Source: a virus. Taken from it: 64,000 nucleotides of DNA. The stretch spans positions 26,514-90,513 of IMG/VR virus record IMGVR_UViG_3300045988_062648; one strand, given 5' to 3'. Below the pieces are notes generated by a model, which was not told the DNA's origin, ran no database searches, and saw only the letters and a program-made list of their open reading frames with translations. Every line of letters begins with the position of its first letter. Within the stretch, counting starts at the first letter, position 1. The translations under genes and the position numbers were made by a program. This document shows, in pieces, positions 22,201 through 31,200 of the stretch.

Positions 22201-25200
22201 TTGAAGCTAAAACTTATCGTCCTGTATTTAAACCTGGAGTTAAAGATACAGATGGTTATAGATTTTATGACCTTGGAAAGAATGGAAGTGTAATTGAAGC
22301 ATCTAAAACTGGTAATATTTCACATTATAGACTTGGAGGTAATGTATTTAAAAGTAATAAATTTACTGTAAAAGAACTTGGAGATGATAATGTGCTACGT
22401 AAAGTCAATTATATGGAAGATATATTTGACGATAGTATTAATAGCACAGGAGCTGATGGTCGCATCAACCTTCTCTACGGGGGGCGAGAGTCCAAACTTA
22501 ATATTGTTCGTAGTGATACTGGCTTAGTCACAGATGTTCAACTTACAGAAGCACAACAAGAAAGAGCTATTAATAATATAGTTAATTTCCTTAATAGTTA
22601 CTTTACGCAAGCACAAGAAGAAGTTGCTAATTTTAATAATTTTGTTAAAGGTGTTCCAACTACTATAGATGCTGTTGTAGATTTTGCTGCTAATCAACTC
22701 ATTACTCATTATGCTTATGATGACATATTTGAAGGTGGAGTAAAGTTCTATGCTGATGCTCAAACTGTACTTAAACGTGCTAAAGAAGTACAAGGTAGTG
22801 GAGTATCTTATGGTATTGTTGATTTTAATGATTCAAATATAGCTGATTTATATGATATTCCAAATGCTTATCTTAATAATGGTAAGTATTCAGATTATAC
22901 TAAAGAACAATATATTGGTGAAGATGGTAAACGTCATACTAAAGAAGTTCCTAGAACTAGAACTATTCAAGAAGTATTTGCTGGTACTGAACTTGCTGGT
23001 ATAACACAACGTAATGGCTGGCGAGCAGTTACTATTGAAAATAGTAAAAACACAAACTTTGCAGCACTTAAAGAACTTACAGGCGTTCTTGTTAAAGCAG
23101 GAATGAGTGAAGAAAATGCTAAAAATCTTCTTTATGGTCCTGTTGTAACAGATAAAAATGGTAATCCTATTTATGATAAAAATGGACTAGAAAAACATAA
23201 AGGTGGTTATCAAGATACTAAAGTTAATGATGCACAGTCTTATATAACATTTAAAGAATGGGTTAGAAGAATAGCTGCAAGAGGTCAACTTAAACGTTAT
23301 ATGCCACTTATTGAGAAACTTCTTGATCCAAATGCTGTACTTACTGATAATGACCTTAATGAATTTGTACAAGTTCAAAAGAATTTCTATTATGATTTAC
23401 ATTATGATAGTAGTTTTAATCGTTTTGTTCCTCGTCAAATTAAAAATGCAGAGTTTGTATTAGTTCCTCGTTTTATTAAAGGAACTCAACTTGAACGAGT
23501 CGCTCAAATGATGGAAGAAGCTAATATAGACCAGCTTAATACAGTTGAAACTAGTAAGGCTTCTAATCGTCATGTACTTACTCTTTGGGATAATGATGGA
23601 GAAATAAGTGAAGAACGTTATCAAAACTTTGCTAAAGAAGCAAAAGGAGTGGCTGAGATTTATTATTATAAATATCTTTATACTCAACAAGAAACTCCGC
23701 AACATGTTAATACTACTAATAAAGCAGGTATTCAAATAGTCAAAAAGATGATTGATAATCTTGCTCAAGATGACCCTAATAAACTTCAATTCTTTGCTAA
23801 TTATGTAGCTAATATTGAAGAAAGTTGGAGAAATCTTCTTGATAAACTTGATGTACCTCGTGATGAAAATGGTAATATACTTACTAATCAAGATGGTCAA
23901 ATACTAGGTATTAATAAAAAAGTTCTTTATGAAAGATTTAAAGAAGAACTTTATCGTACTGGCATTAATAGTAATATACTCGATTTTGTAACTCTTGATG
24001 AAACTACAAATCAACCTATTGCTCCTGCTATTAGCAATCTAGTTCTTGATAAAATAGAAACTACTCATCAAGCTATTTATAATAGTAAGATTACAAGACA
24101 GAAACTTCCTGGTTTCCATGCAGCGCAAGTAACTAATATTGGTTGGAAGAGATTAGATAATGGTGAAAGTAAATATTGTCTGAAAACTAATGCTAATGTA
24201 ATTATAAGTAAAGAAGAGTTTAATAATCTTGATGAAACAGAGAAAAAGAAATACCGTAACACACAAGTACAATATGATGGTAGCTTACGTTATCATCCTA
24301 ATGGAGAAGGTTATATTGAAGTAAAACTTACTTATAGTGCTTTAGGTATCAATAAAAATGATCCTCACTATATAGGAATGACTAATGCTGAAATCATTAA
24401 AGAACTTGAAGAACAAGGACTTGATAAAATTATTGGTTATCGTATTCCTACAGAAGGTAAACAATCAGTAGCTGTAATGAAAGTTGTAGACTTTATAGAT
24501 GATGGTCTTGGTTCAACTATTGTAGTTCCTAATGATTGGGTTAGTCAAACTGGTTCTGACTTTGATATTGACTCTGTATATGGTATAACTTTCGATACTC
24601 ATAGAGGAAAAGGCGGCAAACTTATTAAAGCTAAATTTGTTGATGGAGATAATTATACTATTTCTGATTGGATTAATTATATAAAGAATTATGCTGATAG
24701 AAATGCCAAAGGTTATGTTCGTCCTAAAATAAAACAAATTATAGATGCTATTAATAGTTCTGAACAAGAAGAATTTGTTAGTCTTAGAGCACAAGAAGAT
24801 GAAGCATTTAAAAAATTTATTTCTGCTATACCTGAACAAAGTAGAGGTAAAATGGTAAATAGATTTAAGAATGAGGCTAAACGAATAAGAACTGCACTTG
24901 ATGGAGCTAGTAATAAAGAAATATGGTCAGCTCAACTTGAAAAATATATTCAAATAGCTAGTGATCTTAAAGCTAAACTTAAAAATGCAAATACTATTGC
25001 ATCTATAGATGAATTTATTTCTTCTTGTGATGATATACTTAATTTCCTTAATAATCAAGATGGAAGATTTGAACGAAAGAAAGATGCAGCTCTTGCTGAA
25101 GAAGAACAAAAACGTATAGATAAGTACAATGAAATAGCTAAAGAAGCTGGGCTTCTTACATTTGATGAATATTTTGATGCACTTGACGCAGCTAAAACTC

Positions 25201-28200
25201 CAGAAGATTTTGCTAAACTTAATACCCGTCATGCTAGAAATAATGCTATTGTTCAATCTATGCTTAATATACTTCAAGATGTAAAGAATCTTGAAGAAAA
25301 TCTTTCTCGTTCTAATTCAGATGATATAGAAGCTAGTATAGATAAATGTCTTGGGGATAATGCTAAAGCTGAACGAGAAAATCGTAGCCAGTATAATGTA
25401 TTTGACGAAATGCGTTATCAAGAAGAAGCTATGAGTGGTGCTGTCCTTAAAGGTGCTAGCGTATTTATGGATAGTGTATGTTCTATATGTAATGTTGTTA
25501 AACCTACACTTCGTGGTGGTGTTAAAGTTTCTTATGATACTAAATTTTATAATCAAGAAGAAATTACCAAACGTTACGGTTTAAATAAAAATGATATTAG
25601 TAAAGGACGTATTCGTGTAGTACATAATCAATATGGCTGGAGTTCAGATAATAGAAATGTTATTGGACGACTTATAACACCTTATAGTTCAGAAACTACA
25701 GCTTATATTCTTGATGCTATCAAGAAAGGTGCTATGCCAAATGTTAATCAATTTACTTTCCCAGTTCTTAAACATTTGGTTAATCTTGGTATAGATTATG
25801 ATACTGCTATATCATTTATGGCAAATCCTGCTATAAGTACAATAATACGTAATAATAATAGATTTAATTCTATTTATAGTAATGAGTTTGGAAATGCTAT
25901 TCATGAAAGTATTAACGAAATAGCTCGTCAACTTGGTATAAAAGTAGATGAAAAAACACCTGTAATAAGTGTTCTTGCTTCTGTTCAATCTAAGTTTGGC
26001 GATGTTATTAATAAGATATTTAAAGTAGATAAAGAAGACGTTAAATTTAGTCTTGAAGAAGAAGCTGCTGCTACTCTTGCTTTAATGCCTGATAAACTTA
26101 TAGCAAGACTTAAAGATAATGGTATCTTTGGCACTACAACCCCCGTAGAAGAGAAGTTGATATTTGACTTAGGTAATATACTTATCTTTAATAGACTTCG
26201 TAATCAAGCACAAGAAATAGGTGGAGTAGCAACTGCTCTTAATCCAGATAAGTTTGGTGCTAAAATGAGTCTTTTTGCTACTAATCAAATATTTGATAAA
26301 ATACTTGGACAAATATATACTGATAGTAGTTATGTAGAAGAAAGAACAGACCCTATTCTTAGTATTAATGGAGAACATATACTTAAAAGTATTTATCCAG
26401 GTATTACAGGAGACCCAGAAAATAGTATAGAACCTGGAGTTCCAGCAATGCTTAGAGCAGATATTAGTAAAAGTACTTATCCATCTCTTGCAGCATTTCT
26501 TAAATATGCTACAGCTACTTCTTCTGTAATTGCTAAACAAGTTCTTCTTACTCAACATCCAGCTTTTATTCGTTTTTGTAACGGACTTGCAACTAAGTTT
26601 AGTGATGTTGTACAAGAAATGGACGAAAAGCAATATAATGATTTTCAAAAGTATGCTATTAGTTATTTCTACAATAATGTAGAAAGTATTAGGCGTCCAA
26701 TTGTACCAGTCAAAAACGAAGATGGTACTTATAGTTATAATATAGATAATAGCGATACTCCAGACAATGCTACTATTTCAATAGAAGATGCAGAACGTGA
26801 ACGAGTATTTGGTTATAATAGAGTTCCAGCTTTATCTATAGTTGAAAAAGTACAAGTTACTAGAAATGGTAAAACTATTAATAAGACTGTTACTCGTCCA
26901 ATAGAAATAGAAAATCTTAATCATCCAACTCAAGAAGAACTCAATGATTTTGCTCAATTTAGTCCTGCACAAAAAGTTAAGTTTATTAAAACTCATTTTG
27001 ATGATGCAGGAGTGTTCGATTATATTGATGTTCAACTTTATAATCCTACAATAAGAGGTTGGAGAACTGGTATGCAAACTCTTGAATATCTTGAATCTAA
27101 CGTTGGTGACAATGTTATATTTAATATGTTCTATGAAGCATATAATAATCGTAATCCTCTTGTTGCTATGGCTGCTAGAGATGTAATTAAATATGCAATA
27201 CAAGTTGAAGGTTATCGTATGCGTCAAACTGCTGCTGGTAAAGTTATTAGTAATAAACCTCTTAATACTGGTTATGAAGAAGGTGGAATGAATTTCTTTG
27301 CAGAAGTTGCTGAAATGTTTTCTACTATTGGTACAACAGGTAGTGCTATATTTGAACAAACTAGTATGGATGAAATATATGAGAGATATTTTAGAAGTCA
27401 TATAGATAATCCTCATATTAAATCATTTAGACTTACTAATTCAAGTATGATTAAGTTTAATATTCATACTCGTAGTTACGATATGCTTGTAATGGAGAAA
27501 AAGTATGATGAAACTTCTGATGATGATAAAATAGCTAAAGAGTTTAATAATAATTGTGCTAAAGCAGGAATTAAAACTTATCATCCAGCTTCTAATACAT
27601 ATACTACAAATAATTATCTTAGAGTATATCGTGATAAAAAAGTTGTATTATATAAAATAAAAGATCTTGGTGATAAAGTTATACTTTATCCTCTTAATAA
27701 ACTTCAACCTAATGAAACTACTGAATGGTCAGCTAATGATAATAATAATGAATATCCTAATAAAATAACTTATGAAGGTATTATTCATGATTATCAAAAA
27801 CAACTTTTTAATGATGCTGCATTACAATTTACTAGTGGTTGGATAAAAGAAAGTAATAATGCTAGAAAACAAAATGGTGAAAATCCTGTAGTTTATTATA
27901 AGCATCGTAGAGATTATAGCAATCAAGCAGCTACAGTTGATTTCAATCTTGATAAACTTGCTAATGAACAAGGAGGTGCTTTAGCACAAGCTCGTGAACA
28001 AATTAGAAGTAATTTTGAACGACTTAATGCTAAACATCTTTATATGCGTAATGCTGCTCTTGGTAATTATATATTTGTTCCAGGTTTTGAAAATGCTAGT
28101 AAGCAAACTATTACAATGAGAAATGGAGCTAAAAGTACATTCCTTATTGCAAAAGTAGATACAGACAGAAGTAGAACAAATAAACGTTATTTAGGTAATA

Positions 28201-31200
28201 ATAAAAAAGAAAATGCTAAAGTTATTCAAACTATAGACAATCCTTCTCTTCGCCAAGTATATGAAAATGCTAATAATATAGGTCTAAAACAAGTAAGTGA
28301 CTTATTTGTAGTTAGTCCTTATATTACTGATAGTAGCGAAGATATAGCTATGGCTTCTAATATAGAAGAGAATTTCTATGGTATGATTGATAATATAGCT
28401 CGTGTTGCTCATACTACAGGAGAACAAGAAGCTGTATATGTTTATGATAAATTATCTAAAGCTGGAGTTAATTCTACTAAACAAGCTATTAGAAATAATA
28501 TAGAACTTGCTGTTCGTGAAAGTGCTAGATACTATTCTCATAAAGCTCAAGAACTTAAAAATCAAGTTAATTTCTTTATAGAAGACCCAACTCTTCCGGG
28601 ACAATATATTTCAATGAACTCTGATGAAGTTTATAATAGGCTTGTACAAGACCAAGATATGACTAAACGTTATCTTAGAGTTTCAAATGAAATTACTGCA
28701 CTTAGAAATATGCTTGCTCCATTTGAAGAACTTAATCTTGATTCAGAAGATGCTCAACTTCAAGGTTATATAGACGCTTTAAAGAAAGCATATAAAATTG
28801 TACGTGAACTTCCAGTTAATGAAATTAATACTAATTATGCTAGAAAAGTATTAGCTAAAACTTCTACTAATCCTGTTATTACTGCAAACATAATTGATGT
28901 ACTTGATAATTATCATCGTAATTATGGTGCTATGTGGAAGTTTCATGATATAGCTGAATCTGGTAATCCATTTGTTCAACTTCTTATGAGAGATATAGCT
29001 TCTCTTACAGAGGCTAAACGAATGCAAACTCAAAGATTTAAACGGAATTATCAAGCACGTATTAAAGAAATACAAGATGAAGCTACTCGTAATGGCTATA
29101 CTATTGACCTTAATAAAATGATAGATAAACATGGCTATTTTGTTAAGAGTTATACTCATCAATTTATAGAAGATTATGATAGACTTAGAGTAGCTAAAAA
29201 TAATGCAGCGGCTGAATATGGTATTGGTTCTATTGAATGGCTTAAAGCTAGAAATGAATATGAAGATTTTAAAGCTAAATATATAAATCAAGAAGTTAAA
29301 CAAGAATATTACGAAAAGCGTAATGCTAATGAAAAATATATGCTTGATAACTATCCTGAAATATATGAAGAATATATGAAACTTCATTATCAGAGAATAG
29401 AACTTATGTCTTATTCTAGTGACCACGGTACTACACAAGATATAATAGATAAAATTGCTAATGTTGAACGTCAAATGTTCAATCTTACAAGACCTAATTA
29501 TTATATTAATGCTGACGGTCAATTAGTAGAAAGACCTGTAAGAGATCCTGATATTCAATATAGTCCTGAAAATGAAAGAGTATTACGTCTTTATAGTAGA
29601 GATGCACAAACTACTCTTAATAATTATCTTGACGCTCAACGTAAACTTAATGAAGAATATTATGAATATGATTCTGCATTTGGTTTTGAAGAAAATCTTG
29701 AAAAGTATCTTAATATAATAAAAGATTTTGAGCAACGTGATGCTAATGGAGTTCCTACTGTTCCAATTACTGTACTTGAAAATAATCCTAAATATGTAGA
29801 AGCTCGTAATTGGGTTCGTGAAAATGCTCAATTCGTTATTACACCAACTGATGAAGCAATTAAATCAGAAAATAGTATAGCTTATAAACTTACTAATGCT
29901 CTTAACAGATTATTGATAGGTCGTAATGGTAAAAGTTATGCTGTTAATGATATAATGAATAACGCTAATGACGGAAAAGGTATTCGAGATGAACGTGGCA
30001 TTCCAGATGGAACAAAACTTACAGATAAGGAACGAGCTAATATTAAAAAGAATCAAGAAGATGCTTATCAAATAAATGAAAGTACAGCTGGTTCTGATAG
30101 AATTCTTATTAATAGTATTAGTAAGCGTGAGGGTGATACTTATAAAGGTGAGTTCTATCGCAGTATGACTAGTGACAAGAAGATAGATAATGCTCGTTAT
30201 CTTAAACTTGTTACTGAACTTAATAGAAAACTTGAAAAGTATTATTCTGATATAGACGGTATAATTCATTTTGAACAAATACCAGATACTGAAGAAGGAA
30301 TAGAAGAACTTAGTGAAATTGCAATGCTTTATCAGCAAATTCGTGCTGTTAAAAAGCAATATAAATCTTCTACTTCTACAGAAGCTACTGAGTTTATTAA
30401 AGAAAATGTTGTTTTTGTATATGATAAAAATATTTATCTTTCACAAGCCAATGCCGTTAATGATAGAAGTAGCGAATATACAGAAGCATGGATGAGAGTT
30501 AATCTTGAACGTAATGAAAATGGAGATTTTATACAGCGTCAAGACGGTTCTGTTATTCCTAATAATATGATTTATTCTTATGCTAAACCTAAAGGTAAAA
30601 AAGGAGAAACCAAATATGATAAATGGGTAGATAATCAGAAAGCAGAAGATTTAGCTATTGTAAATCAATATTATCGTAAAGTTAAGACACGTTATTATTA
30701 TCAAGCTATGCGAGAAGCTATGCGTCAAGAAGAAGAAAATCATGACGGTAGTTATCAGAAATGGTATCAAGATAATCATATTTATAATCCTTATACACGT
30801 AAATATGAGCCTCTTGCTTGCTGGCTTATGAATGAATATCGTGACGAACTTTTTAAAGATAATGAATTTGAAGGTCGTTGGATGCCTAAGAGAAAACAAC
30901 GTGAAAGAGTTGTTAGGGATGGTAATACTTCTATTATAGTAAATGGAGTAGAAAATACTATATATAATGAGTATAACGATAAACGTAATGCTAATTACAA
31001 TCCCAATCTTCCTCTTAGCGACAATTATATTCAAGGTTCAGGTTATGATAATAATGTAGCTCTTAATCCTTATGAAGTTCAAATGCGTGATTATATGCAA
31101 TCTGTTCTTCAATCTCTTGCTCATGTAGATAGTGCTAAGAAATATTTTAGTAGAGGTGCTTTACCGAGAAGACTTAAACCTGAAAGAGCAACTATTAAAA